DNA from: Hyalangium minutum
GTDB taxonomy: Bacteria; Myxococcota; Myxococcia; Myxococcales; Myxococcaceae
Direction of reading: 5' to 3'
Assembly: GCF_000737315.1 (NCBI RefSeq)
Contig: NZ_JMCB01000002.1
Span: 268,001-516,000 of the forward strand
DNA: 248,000 nt
Position 1 is the first letter of the stretch; each line of letters opens with the position of its first letter. This document shows positions 94,467 through 105,110 of the stretch, piece after piece. The translations under genes were made by a program, and so were the position numbers. The notes beneath the pieces were generated by a model, which was not told where the DNA came from, ran no database searches, and worked only from the letters and a program-made list of their open reading frames with translations.

Positions 94467-96401
94467 TTATTGAGACTGGGACAGGCGCCAGCCCTTCGGG
94501 CGGCGCAGGGTGTATTCGAAGGACACCACCGTCTTGCCCGAGGCGGGCACGGTGAGCTCCCACTCCAGCGCGCCCTTCACCTTGTCCTGCTTGGCGTAGG
94601 GCTCGGTGCGCACGAGCTTGATCTCCACGTCCTTGTCCTTCGTGAGCGGCCACTGGTCGTGGATGCGCACCGGAAGGGGGAAGGCGTAGGGGTTGGCCAC
94701 TTCGAGGGTGACGCGGTACAGGGTCTCCTCGTCCTTGCTGATGAAGCCCTTCTCTGACTCGACGAGCGTCACGTTGCGCACGGGCCGCACCGCGCGGTCC
94801 ACGCCCAGCGGCAGGGTGAAGCGCTCGCCGGGCGCCACAAGCTTCAGCGAGGCCGTGCCCGCGGGGTCCGAGCCGACGAAGAGGCTGGCCTCGCCCCCGG
94901 GCAGCACCTGCTTCGAGGGGCTCTGCAGCTCCGCCACGAGGAAGGCATCCCGGGCGAGCGCGGGGAACAGCTTGCGCTCGGTCTTCACGGGCCAGGACTC
95001 GGTGAAGAGCGGGACGAGCCGTCCGCCTCCACCGCTGGGGATGGTCTCCCGGCGCGCGGAGGGAAAGGCCAGGTCATAGCCTCCGGCGAGCGAGGCCGGC
95101 AGGCGCGGATCCACGGCGGGCCGACGCCAGGCCGCGGGAGGCGCGAGCCCCACGCCCAGGGTCGTCGTGGGAACGGAGGGCCGGGAGCTGCTGGTCAGGC
95201 CTCCGAACGAGTGGCTCCCGGTGACAACCACCTCTTCGAGATACTCCTCGGGAGGCATGGACCCGGCCGCCAAGGAAGGAGGTGGGGGTGGCGCAGGCGG
95301 GGGCTTGGCCTCGTAGGTGCTGCCTGGAGCCTGATTCCCAGCGAGCACTGACGCGTCCGCGTTGATGCCCGTGGCAGGGGAGTCCACGTCGAGCCCGTTC
95401 ACGACGTACTCCGTCTGCCCAGCCGGCGTGGCCTGAACCCGGGCGAGCAGCCGCTGGCGGAGCTGATCACTCTCCTTCGCCTCGGCGGGGAGGGGCGGAG
95501 GAAGCGGAGGCGGCGGGCGGGACGGCCGGACGAGCGGAGCGGGTGTGGGGATGAAGCGCTCTTGCTGGCCAATCTTCCAGGTGGCGAGCTTGGGCAGGGC
95601 GGTGGCGGTGGCGGGGATGGCGGTGCTGAGCGTGAGCACCGCGTCCTGCCAGTCCTCGCCGGACTCCTGGCTCACGAATCCGAAGAAGGACACCTGCACC
95701 CGGTTCGTCTCAGGGGCGAGCTGCAGCTCGTAGCGGGGGAACCAGCGCGCGTTGCCGGTGACATAGGTGAGGGTGAGCTTCACCGGGCCACTGCCCGAGA
95801 GCGTGGGCGCCACCTCGAGCCCAGGGCTGCGAGGCGCACCGCCCAGCCGGGAGGCCTCCTGGAGCTGGCGCTCGCGCGTTCTCTCGAGGTCTCGAATCCG
95901 CGCGTCCAGCTCGCGCAGCCGCGCCTGGAGCTTGTCGAGGGTATCGATCCAAAAGGTGCTGGCCGCGTTCCAGCCGGAGGGGTCCAAGCGGGGGGGCGGG
96001 GCCTTGTCTCGGTCTCCCTCGGGGAGGGGCTGAGGGTTCAGGCCCCGGAGAGCGGAGAGCTGGGTGTTGCACGCCTCCCGCTCGGAGCGGGTGCGGGTGA
96101 GCTGGTCATCCAGCCGGTCCAGCGCGTCGAGCACCTTGCGGGCCTCGGTGGCGAGCAGCATCTCGGGGCTGACGGGCTTCAGGTCCACGCGGGAGACTTC
96201 GGCGCCCTCGGCTTCCACGCGGACGGAGGAGGCATCTACCGCGCCGTGGAGGAGGGGCAGCTCCACGCGCTGGGAGCCCGAGAGGGTGAGCTGGGCGGTG
96301 CGGACCACCCGCGCCTGGTCGCTGTAGACGGTGACAGAGGTAATGGGCGCATCGACGGCGGTGGCCAGCGCCCCGAAGCCCAAGAGTCCAAGCAGGAGCA
96401 T
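94467..96401 (-). CDS. DUF4139/DUF4140 protein
   Basis: VTVYSDQARV, W.PRYEL, QESGEDW. Confidence 0.85.
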   Translation of the reverse strand: MLLLGLLGFGALATAVDAPITSVTVYSDQARVVRTAQLTLSGSQRVELPLLHGAVDASSVRVEAEGAEVSRVDLKPVSPEMLLATEARKVLDALDRLDDQLTRTRSEREACNTQLSALRGLNPQPLPEGDRDKAPPPRLDPSGWNAASTFWIDTLDKLQARLRELDARIRDLERTRERQLQEASRLGGAPRSPGLEVAPTLSGSGPVKLTLTYVTGNARWFPRYELQLAPETNRVQVSFFGFVSQESGEDWQDAVLTLSTAIPATATALPKLATWKIGQQERFIPTPAPLVRPSRPPPPLPPPLPAEAKESDQLRQRLLARVQATPAGQTEYVVNGLDVDSPATGINADASVLAGNQAPGSTYEAKPPPAPPPPPSLAAGSMPPEEYLEEVVVTGSHSFGGLTSSSRPSVPTTTLGVGLAPPAAWRRPAVDPRLPASLAGGYDLAFPSARRETIPSGGGGRLVPLFTESWPVKTERKLFPALARDAFLVAELQSPSKQVLPGGEASLFVGSDPAGTASLKLVAPGERFTLPLGVDRAVRPVRNVTLVESEKGFISKDEETLYRVTLEVANPYAFPLPVRIHDQWPLTKDKDVEIKLVRTEPYAKQDKVKGALEWELTVPASGKTVVSFEYTLRRPKGWRLSQSQ

Positions 96402-96571
96402 GGGGCCATCGTGACAGCTTCACTCGAAGAGGTCACAAAACGGTTGCGCGCGCTCTTTCCATCGGGAGCCCCCGTTTCCTCCTGGGCGGTCCTCGGGTGG
96501 GGGCCTCGTCCCCAAGGTCCCTTCTCTGAGGGAGAGACCGTCGCGACACGGGGGCTCCCATCTCGCGGTGA

Positions 96572-97096
96572 TTACGAGGGCTCGCCGAGGAAGCGGCGCC
96601 GGAGCGTGCGCGTCACTTCCGTGTCCCAGCGGAGCGAGAGGAGCTCCACGACGGTGCGGCGCCAGCGAAGGGCGCACGCCAGACACGCCAGGGTGGCCAG
96701 CAGGCCAATGAGGGTGTTCTGCCAGGAGGCCAGGTTCCACTGTCCCTTCCAGAACCACTCCTGCAGGGAGTGAGGCCAGAAGTAGTGGATGGGCCAGCCG
96801 GGGCCGCTGCCGGCCAGGTCACACAGCAGGTGCAGGTGGAAAGCGGCGAGGGAGAGCAGCGCCACCCCTCCTCGCTTCCGGGCGAAGGCGGTACAGAGGG
96901 CCATCGTCCCGAGCGCTGCCACGTACCCATGGGTGAGGACGTGGTGGTACTTCCCGTAGAGGTCCTCTCCCGCCAGGAGCGTGAGGCCATCCAGGTCCGG
97001 CGCGAGTCCCGCGAGGGTGACGAGCACCCGGTCACGTCTATCCGGCAGACCTTGGGCGGCCAGCCAGGACAGCTCCGCGTGGACGATGGGATTCAT
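96572..97096 (-). CDS. Membrane metal-dependent hydrolase (YdjM-like)
   Basis: H.E, APDLDG, HH..TH, HLH...D. Confidence 0.8.
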   Translation of the reverse strand: MNPIVHAELSWLAAQGLPDRRDRVLVTLAGLAPDLDGLTLLAGEDLYGKYHHVLTHGYVAALGTMALCTAFARKRGGVALLSLAAFHLHLLCDLAGSGPGWPIHYFWPHSLQEWFWKGQWNLASWQNTLIGLLATLACLACALRWRRTVVELLSLRWDTEVTRTLRRRFLGEPS

Positions 97097-97141
97097 GGGC
97101 GGGGAGCATATCCCGGAAAGGGCTGCTCCCCGCCGGAGCCC

Positions 97142-98137
97142 TTAGCGCTTGGGGGCGCGGGCCTTGGCCAGCGCGGGCTTGCGGCGCATGAGCAGCACCA
97201 GCGCGAGCGCCACGGCCGCAGCCATCACCGGCATGCCACCGCTGGCGGAGGCCCCACAGCCCTGGCCGGCCTGCAAGTCACCCGCGGACCCATTGGGGTC
97301 ACGCGGCAGCGAAACAGGGCTGCCTGGTTGCTGGGAGGGAGTCGGAGAGTTGACGGAGGGCGGCGTCTGCTGCACGGGCGTCGTGGGCAGGCCGACGGGG
97401 GGCGGAGCCGGCGTGGTCTCGGCAACGGGAGCCGGCGGCATCACGTCCTCCAGCGTCGTGCCCATGGCGAAGCCGTCGTGGTAGACGACGCCCACCTGAG
97501 AGATGGAGTTGTCGCGGTACAGGCCGAGCTTCAGGTAGTTGCGGTCGCCGCTGAACTGGGTGGCCGCATACGTCTTCGGGGCCGCGAGCTTGCCATCCTT
97601 GTACAGCTCCACGAAGCCCGTGCTGGGGTTGGACGACCACTTCACGTGCAGGACGAAGTCATTCCACTGGCCGCGCACGAGCGGGCCGCTCCAGATGATC
97701 TTCCCCTCGCTGCCGCCGGCGCGCAGGAACATCTCCTCTCCCACGACGTAGAACTCCAGCGGCGGAGAGCCGCAGCAGCCCTCCTGGTGCCACTGGGCGA
97801 AGAGCTGCCACGTGTTGGCGATGGGGTAGTTCGCGGGGAACAGGGTGCTCCACTTGTAGTAGTACTCGGAGCCCTGAGCCTCCTCGGTGAGGTACAGCAC
97901 CTCGTTCCGGTTGCCGCTCGCGGCGATGGGGTTGTCCCCTTGGCGCACGGTCACCTTCAGGGCCTTGGAGCCCTCGCGCGTGACATCCGAGACGATTTGG
98001 AGCCGGTCATCCGCCACGCTCTGGGCACGAGTCCATTGCGACAGGTCACCTGTCTCGAAGTCGCCCTTCCACAACGTAGAGGCAGAGGCGATGGCCGGCA
98101 GCAACAGGACAGGGGCAAGTTTCAGGAAACGCTTCAC
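97142..98137 (-). CDS. Polysaccharide lyase-like protein with MYXO-CTERM-like anchor
   Basis: DFETG, RNE, YLKLGLYR; GCG...TM-RRK tail. Confidence 0.75.
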   Translation of the reverse strand: MKRFLKLAPVLLLPAIASASTLWKGDFETGDLSQWTRAQSVADDRLQIVSDVTREGSKALKVTVRQGDNPIAASGNRNEVLYLTEEAQGSEYYYKWSTLFPANYPIANTWQLFAQWHQEGCCGSPPLEFYVVGEEMFLRAGGSEGKIIWSGPLVRGQWNDFVLHVKWSSNPSTGFVELYKDGKLAAPKTYAATQFSGDRNYLKLGLYRDNSISQVGVVYHDGFAMGTTLEDVMPPAPVAETTPAPPPVGLPTTPVQQTPPSVNSPTPSQQPGSPVSLPRDPNGSAGDLQAGQGCGASASGGMPVMAAAVALALVLLMRRKPALAKARAPKR

Positions 98138-98570
98138 TCAAGCTCCTTTTGTCGTTCCTTGAGCCGTTTCGGACAAATGACGCGGGAAAACCCATCCCCA
98201 GGGCTGAGCTCGCCAAGCCTCAGGGGAGCAGGCCCCGGTGGGGCCGCCTCGGCTCGTGACGTGCAGGCCTGCGCTCCTGTCCCTCGCTGCCCACCGAGGG
98301 AGCGCGAATGCGTCATGATTTCAAGGGCGTGCACCACAGCGCCGCAGTGCGTAAGCAGCGGCTGACAAGCCCCAGCGGCGCCTGTGAGTCCTGCTGCTCG
98401 CTCCGCAGGCAGGCGCGAAGAAAGACGCAGTGCACGGCCGGGTTGAGCCTGGTTCCTCGGACGGTATCCAGCAGGCGGCGAAGGGCTGGGCCGAGGGCTG
98501 GAGGGGCTCCGAAAAGCTCTGCCATGCCTAAGAGCCCATGCCATGCTCGCGATGGATCTGAGCTGGAGGG

Positions 98571-100214
98571 GTGGCCGTGAGCCCTGCGTCCCCGCGCAAC
98601 ATGAGCGACTACGAGGCCGTCCGCCGTTCCTTTCAATGGGAGCGGCCCGAGCACTTCAACTTCGCCCAGGATGTCATCGACAAACACGCGGCCGAGCGGC
98701 CGGGGGCCCTGGCGCTCCTGTGGAGCGACGAGGCCGGGAACGAGCGGCGCTTCACGTTCGCGGAGCTGAAGCAGCACTCGGTGCACGCGGCGCAGTTCCT
98801 CCTGAGCTTGGGGATGCAGCGAGGGGACCGGGCCTTCATCCTCATGCCGAGGGTGCCGGAGTGGTGGTTCCTGGTGCTCGGGTGCATCCGGGCGGGCATC
98901 GTCTTCATGCCGGGGACGCCCATGCTGACGACGAAGGACATCCGGTATCGGATCTTCGCGTCGGATGCGGCGGCGGTCATCACGGACGCGAGCTGCCTGG
99001 ACCGCTTCGAGGGCCTGGTGGGCACGGGGCGGGTGGAGAACTGGATCTGCCTGGGGAAGGCGCCCTCGCCGTGGGTGCGCTACGAGCCGGGAGCGGGGAC
99101 AGGCGTGCACGGGCTGACGTTCGAGCACACGCGGGCGGATGAGCCCATGCTCATCTACTTCACGTCCGGCACCACGGGCATGCCGAAGATGGTGCTGCAC
99201 ACGCAGGCAAGCTACGGCCTGGGGCACCAAATCACGGGGCGGTACTGGCTGGACCTGACGCCGGAGGACCGGCACCTGACGTTGTCGGACACGGGCTGGG
99301 CGAAGTGTGCCTGGGGCAAGCTCTTCGGGCCGTGGAGCCAGGGAGCGTGCAACGTCGTCTACGACTTCCGAGGGCGCTTCGACGCGGCGAAGGTGCTGCA
99401 GGTGCTGGAGCGGCAGAAGGTGACGACGTTCTGCGCGCCGCCGACGGCGTGGCGAGCGCTGGTGCTGCAGGACCTGTCGAAGTTCGACCTGAAGGCCATC
99501 CGGCACGTGGTGAGCGCGGGCGAGCCGTTGAACCCCGAAGTCATCGATACGTGGAAGCAGGCCACGGGGCTGTACATCCGCGAGGGCTACGGGCAGACGG
99601 AGACGGTGATGGTGGTGGGCATGTTCCCGTCGCTCGAGCCGAGGGCGGGCTCCATGGGCAAGCCATCACCGGGCTTCACGGTGGACGTCATCAACGAGCA
99701 GGGGCAGCCAGTGCCGGTGGGGCAGGAGGGAGACATCGCGGTTCGAGTGGCGCCCGAGCGTCCAGTGGGCCTGTTCCACGGCTACCTGAATGACGAGTCC
99801 GCGAACCAGGCTTGCCGCCGAGGGGACTGGTACGTGACGGGGGACCGGGCGGTGAAGGACGCGGACGGCTACTTCTGGTTCGTGGGGCGTGCGGACGACG
99901 TCATCAAGACGTCGGGCTACCGGGTGGGGCCATTCGAGGTGGAGTCCGCTCTGCTGGAGCACGTGGCGGTGGCGGAGTCAGCGGTGATTGGGGTGCCGGA
100001 CGAGCGCATTGGCCAGCGCATCAAGGCGTACGTGGTGCTGGCGCCGGGACACCGGGGCTCGCCAGAGCTGGCCATGGAGCTGCAGGAGCACGTGAAGAAG
100101 ACCACGGCTCCTTATAAGTACCCGCGGGAGATCGAGTTCGTCACCGAGCTGCCGAAGACGGTGAGCGGGAAGATCCGCCGTGCGGAGCTGCGAGGCACGC
100201 TGATGTCCTCGTGA
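98571..100214 (+). CDS. Medium-chain acyl-CoA synthetase
   Basis: FTSGTTG.PK, YGQTE, GDR, GRADD, KTVSGK. Confidence 0.92.
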   Translation: MAVSPASPRNMSDYEAVRRSFQWERPEHFNFAQDVIDKHAAERPGALALLWSDEAGNERRFTFAELKQHSVHAAQFLLSLGMQRGDRAFILMPRVPEWWFLVLGCIRAGIVFMPGTPMLTTKDIRYRIFASDAAAVITDASCLDRFEGLVGTGRVENWICLGKAPSPWVRYEPGAGTGVHGLTFEHTRADEPMLIYFTSGTTGMPKMVLHTQASYGLGHQITGRYWLDLTPEDRHLTLSDTGWAKCAWGKLFGPWSQGACNVVYDFRGRFDAAKVLQVLERQKVTTFCAPPTAWRALVLQDLSKFDLKAIRHVVSAGEPLNPEVIDTWKQATGLYIREGYGQTETVMVVGMFPSLEPRAGSMGKPSPGFTVDVINEQGQPVPVGQEGDIAVRVAPERPVGLFHGYLNDESANQACRRGDWYVTGDRAVKDADGYFWFVGRADDVIKTSGYRVGPFEVESALLEHVAVAESAVIGVPDERIGQRIKAYVVLAPGHRGSPELAMELQEHVKKTTAPYKYPREIEFVTELPKTVSGKIRRAELRGTLMSS

Positions 100215-100234
100215 ATGAGGACCGCGACGGTCTC

Positions 100235-101668
100235 TCAGCTCCAGTCGGAGTGGACGAAGCCCGCTTCGGGCTTGTCGCGGCGCTGGTAGGTGTGCGCGCC
100301 GAAGGCGTCACGCTGCGCCTGCGTGAGGTTCTGCGGCAGCTCCGGGCTCCGGTAGCTGTCCAGGTACGCCAGGCTCGACGTGAACACCGGCACTGGGATG
100401 CCCAGCCGCACCGCCGTTCCCACCAGGCGCCGCCATGCCGGAGCCATCTTCGTCAGCACCGGCGCAAACGCGTCCGACACCACCAGGTTCGGCAGCTCCG
100501 GCTGCTGCGTGAAGGCCTCGCGCAGCGGGCTCAGCAGCTTCGCGCGGATGATGCAGCCACCCCGCCAGATGCGCGCCATCTCCGCCAGCGACACATTCCA
100601 GCGGTACTCCTTCGACGCCGCCTGGATGAGCCGCATCCCCTGCGCGTACGTCACCACCCGCGCCGCGTACAGCGCGTCATGCGCCCAGGACACGAGGTTC
100701 GCCTTCTCCTCGTCCGTGAGCGACAGCGGCGGTGCCGGGAGCTTGGCACTGGCCGCCACGCGCTCCTCCTTCATCGCCGACAGGTTGCGCGCATCCAGCG
100801 CCGCCGCGATGGACGGCACCGGAATCCCCAGGTCCAGCGACACCTGCACCGTCCACTTGCCCGTGCCCTTCTGGCCCGCCTTGTCCAGCACCAGATCCAC
100901 CAGCGGCTTGCCCGTCTCCGAGTCCTTCTTCCGCAGCACCTTGATGGTGGTCTCCAGCAGGAAGGACTCGGCGATGCCCTCGTTCCACTTCGCGAAGGTG
101001 TCCGCCAGCGCGTCCGCCGACAGCCCCAGCCCCCGGCGCAGCACGTCGTACGTCTCCGCCAGGAGCTGCATGTCCGCGTACTCGATGCCGTTGTGCACCA
101101 TCTTCACGAAGTGCCCCGCGCCATCCGGGCCCACGTGCGTCACACACAGCCCCGACTCGGCCCGGGCCGCGATCGCCTCCACCACCGGGCGGATGAGCGC
101201 GTATGCCTCGGCCGGGCCCCCCGGCATCAGCGAGGGCCCGTGCCGCGCGCCCTCCTCACCGCCGGACACGCCCATGCCAATGAAGTGCAGGCCCTTCTCC
101301 CGGAACGCCTTCTCGCGGCGCTGCGTGTCGAGGAACCACGAGTTGCCGCCGTCAATCAGCACATCCCCCGGCGACAGCAGCGGCGCCAGCTGCTCCATCA
101401 TCGAGTCCACCGGCGCGCCCGCCGTCACCATCAAGAGGATGCGGCGCGGACGTTCCAGCATTTGCACGAACTCTGCCAGCGAGCCCGTGCCCTTCATCTC
101501 CGGGTGCCCGTGCTTCGCGTGGATCGCGTCGATCTTCTCCGGGTGCCGGTCCCATGCCGCCACCTTGAAGCCGCGGTCCGCCACGTTGAGTGCGATGCTC
101601 GCCCCCATCACTCCCATGCCGGCCACGCCGAACTGGAATGCGCCCTGGGAATTCGCTGCTGAACTCAT
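100235..101668 (-). CDS. gndA: 6-phosphogluconate dehydrogenase (NADP)
   Basis: GMGVMG, SGGEEGA, VKMVHNGIEY, QKGTG, QAQRD.FGAH. Confidence 0.95.
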   Translation of the reverse strand: MSSAANSQGAFQFGVAGMGVMGASIALNVADRGFKVAAWDRHPEKIDAIHAKHGHPEMKGTGSLAEFVQMLERPRRILLMVTAGAPVDSMMEQLAPLLSPGDVLIDGGNSWFLDTQRREKAFREKGLHFIGMGVSGGEEGARHGPSLMPGGPAEAYALIRPVVEAIAARAESGLCVTHVGPDGAGHFVKMVHNGIEYADMQLLAETYDVLRRGLGLSADALADTFAKWNEGIAESFLLETTIKVLRKKDSETGKPLVDLVLDKAGQKGTGKWTVQVSLDLGIPVPSIAAALDARNLSAMKEERVAASAKLPAPPLSLTDEEKANLVSWAHDALYAARVVTYAQGMRLIQAASKEYRWNVSLAEMARIWRGGCIIRAKLLSPLREAFTQQPELPNLVVSDAFAPVLTKMAPAWRRLVGTAVRLGIPVPVFTSSLAYLDSYRSPELPQNLTQAQRDAFGAHTYQRRDKPEAGFVHSDWS

Positions 101669-101714
101669 CGAGTCCTCCTGGAGGATCCGCCCTTGGGGCG
101701 GATCCGAGTCTGCG

Positions 101715-102379
<665 letters not shown>

Positions 102380-102383
<4 letters not shown>

Positions 102384-103924
102384 TTGATCACCGTCCAGCG
102401 CCGGCCGTCCTTCGCGAGCAGCTGTGCCGCCGCGTCCGGCCCCGTGCTCCCCGGTGCGTACTCGTGAATCGGGCCGCCCTGGCCAGACTCCAGCGCCCGG
102501 AGGATGGGAGTGACGTAGGCCCACGCCTGTTCCACGCTGTCCTTGCGCGCGAACAGCGTGGCGTTGCCGCGCATGCAGTCCAGCAGCAGGCGCTCGTAGG
102601 CCTCGGGCACGGGCTTGGCGAAGGACTCCGCGTAGCCGAAGTCCATGGTGACGCCAGCAATGCTCACGTCCTCGCCCGGCACCTTGGACTCGAACGAGAG
102701 GGCGATGCCCTCCTGGGGCTGGATGCGCAGCCGCAGCACGTTGGGCTGCAGCCGCTGGCACGCCTCGCCCGTGCTGAACAGGCTGATGGGCACCGCCTTG
102801 AAGTGGATGGACACCTCCGTGAGCCGCTTCGCCAGCTTCTTGCCCGCGCGCAGGTAGAAGGGCACGCCCTGCCAGCGCCAGTTGTCCACGTTCATCTTCA
102901 TGGCCACGTAGGTGGGCGTGCGCGAGTCCTTCGCCACGCCCTGCTCCTCGCGGTAGCCCTTGTACTGGCCGGCCACCACGTGCGAGGCCACCTCCTCGCC
103001 CTCCACCGAGCGCAGCGCCCGGAACACCTTGTTCTTCTCGTCGCGGATGTCCTCCGCCCCGAACGAGGTGGGCGGCTCCATCGCGCACAGCGCCAGCACC
103101 TGCAGCAGGTGGTTCTGCACCATGTCGCGGATGACGCCCGTCTCGTCATAGAAGTGCCCGCGCCCGCCCTCCATCCCCAGCGCCTCCGTGGCGGTAATCT
103201 CCACGTGGTCGACGTAGTTGCGGTTCCACAGCGGCTCGAAGATGAGGTTGGCGAAGCGGAACACCAGGATGTTCTGCACCGTCTCCTTGCCCAGGTAGTG
103301 GTCGATGCGGAAGATCTGCCGCTCGTCCAGCACGGAGGCCAGGTTGCGGTTCAGCTCCTTCGCCGTCTCCAGGTCGCGGCCGAAGGGCTTCTCGATGACG
103401 AGCCGCCGCCAGGGGCGCTGGCCGGGCTGCTCCTCGCGCGGCAGCAGGCCGGCTCCGGCCAGGCCCTTGAGCAGGGGGGGGAAGGTGGAGGCGGGGGTGG
103501 CCAGGTAGTAGAGCTGGTTGCCCTGGGTGTTGTAGCGCTTGCCCACGGTGTCCAGGCGCTCGCGCAGCCGCTGGAAGGCGGCGGGGTCGTCATAGTTGCC
103601 GGAGATGCACTCCATCCGCGAGGCGAAGCGCTCCCAGGTGGGCTCGTCCAGGGGCTGGGTGCGAGCGAACTTCTGGAGGCCCTCCTTCACCTGGGCGCGG
103701 AAGGCGTTGTCGTCCTGCGCCGAGCGGCTGAAGGCCACCAGGGCGAACTCCTCCGGAAGGAGCCCGGAGCGGGCCAACTCGAAGAGGGCGGGGAAGAGCT
103801 TGCGCTGGGCCAGGTCTCCCGTGGCTCCGAAGAGGACGAGGATACACGGGTCCGGGCGATCCGCGCGGACGATGGGTTCGCCCTCGCGAGGGGTGGTCTG
103901 GATGTGCAGACCCTGGGCATCCAT
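102380..103924 (-). CDS. zwf: Glucose-6-phosphate dehydrogenase
   Basis: GATGDLA.RK, EKPFG, RIDHYLGKE, YERL. Confidence 0.95.
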
Positions 103925-104013
103925 GCGGGCTTCCTCCGGGACTGAAGCGGTGGATGGGGGCACACCTTAAGAGGCTTTGCCCCCGGATGCTGGAGAAAGC
104001 GCGCGCAGTGTCC

Positions 104014-104886
104014 TTACCCGAGCAACTGCTTCCAGTTCTGTGCGCGAGCCCAGTCCTCGAAGGAGCGCCAGCCCACCTCGGGGTAGTCCTTGCGGAGGGC
104101 GGCGATGTCAGCGCTGTAACCCTTCGTGTCGAACCACTCGAACATGATGCCCATGTCCTCGTTCTGGGCACGCATCTGCGCCACGGGGACTTCCACGTAC
104201 TTGAACGGCTTGCCGGAGGCGCGCGAGAAGAGCTCCGCCACCTGCTCACCGGACAGCTCGTTGGAGGCCAGGTTGATGCGCTTGCCGAGGAAGTGCTCGC
104301 GCCGGTCGATGACGAGCGCGCCGAAGTTGCCGATCTCCTCCACGCTGATGTGCTGCAGGACGCGCTTGCCGGGCATGGCGAGGGCGACGACGCCCTGCTT
104401 GAGGCCCCCGCCGAACCAGGAGCTCACGAGGTTCTCGGCGAAGAACACAGGGGCGATGATGGTGTAGGGGAGGCCGGACTTGACGAGGTACTCCTCGACG
104501 CGGGCCTTGCTGTCGAAGTGAGGGATGCCCGTCTCTTTGTCGGCGTCGGAGACGGAGGTGTAGACGACGTGCTTGACGCCGGCGGCCTTGGCGGCGTCCA
104601 CGGCGGTGATGCCCTGGCGCGTCTCGGTGTCCATGCCGGCCTCGAAGGGCGTGCTCATGATGAAGACGGCATCCACACCCGTCATGGCGCGCACGAGCGC
104701 ATCGCTGTCATCGAAGCTGCCCACGGCCAGCTCGGCGCCGAGCTGCTTGAGCGCGAGCGCCCCGGCGGAGTCCGGCTTGCGCGTGAGAGCGCGGACCTTG
104801 TGACCCTTCTTGAGGAGTGCGCGAGCGACCGCGCCACCCTGCTGGCCCGTGGCACCGGTGACAAGAACGGAGAGAGGCTTCGACAT
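104014..104886 (-). CDS. NmrA-family protein
   Basis: TGATGQQG, HFDSK. Confidence 0.88.
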   Translation of the reverse strand: MSKPLSVLVTGATGQQGGAVARALLKKGHKVRALTRKPDSAGALALKQLGAELAVGSFDDSDALVRAMTGVDAVFIMSTPFEAGMDTETRQGITAVDAAKAAGVKHVVYTSVSDADKETGIPHFDSKARVEEYLVKSGLPYTIIAPVFFAENLVSSWFGGGLKQGVVALAMPGKRVLQHISVEEIGNFGALVIDRREHFLGKRINLASNELSGEQVAELFSRASGKPFKYVEVPVAQMRAQNEDMGIMFEWFDTKGYSADIAALRKDYPEVGWRSFEDWARAQNWKQLLG

Positions 104887-105110
104887 GGGGTTCCTCCTGG
104901 TTTCGAGTAGACGAAAGCCTCCTAAAGCAACCGGGATGCCATCGCCAAGTCCTTGATTCGCCGTGTGACGGCGGGGCAACAGCTCTCAATTTGAGAGGAC
105001 GAGACCTCAAGGCGAGGAGGGTCTGGCGGATGTGCTGCTGGGGTCGAGCTAAGCAGGTTCTGCTTGGATTGCAGATCCCTGCTCACCTCATGCCGTGCCA
105101 GAGTGCCGCC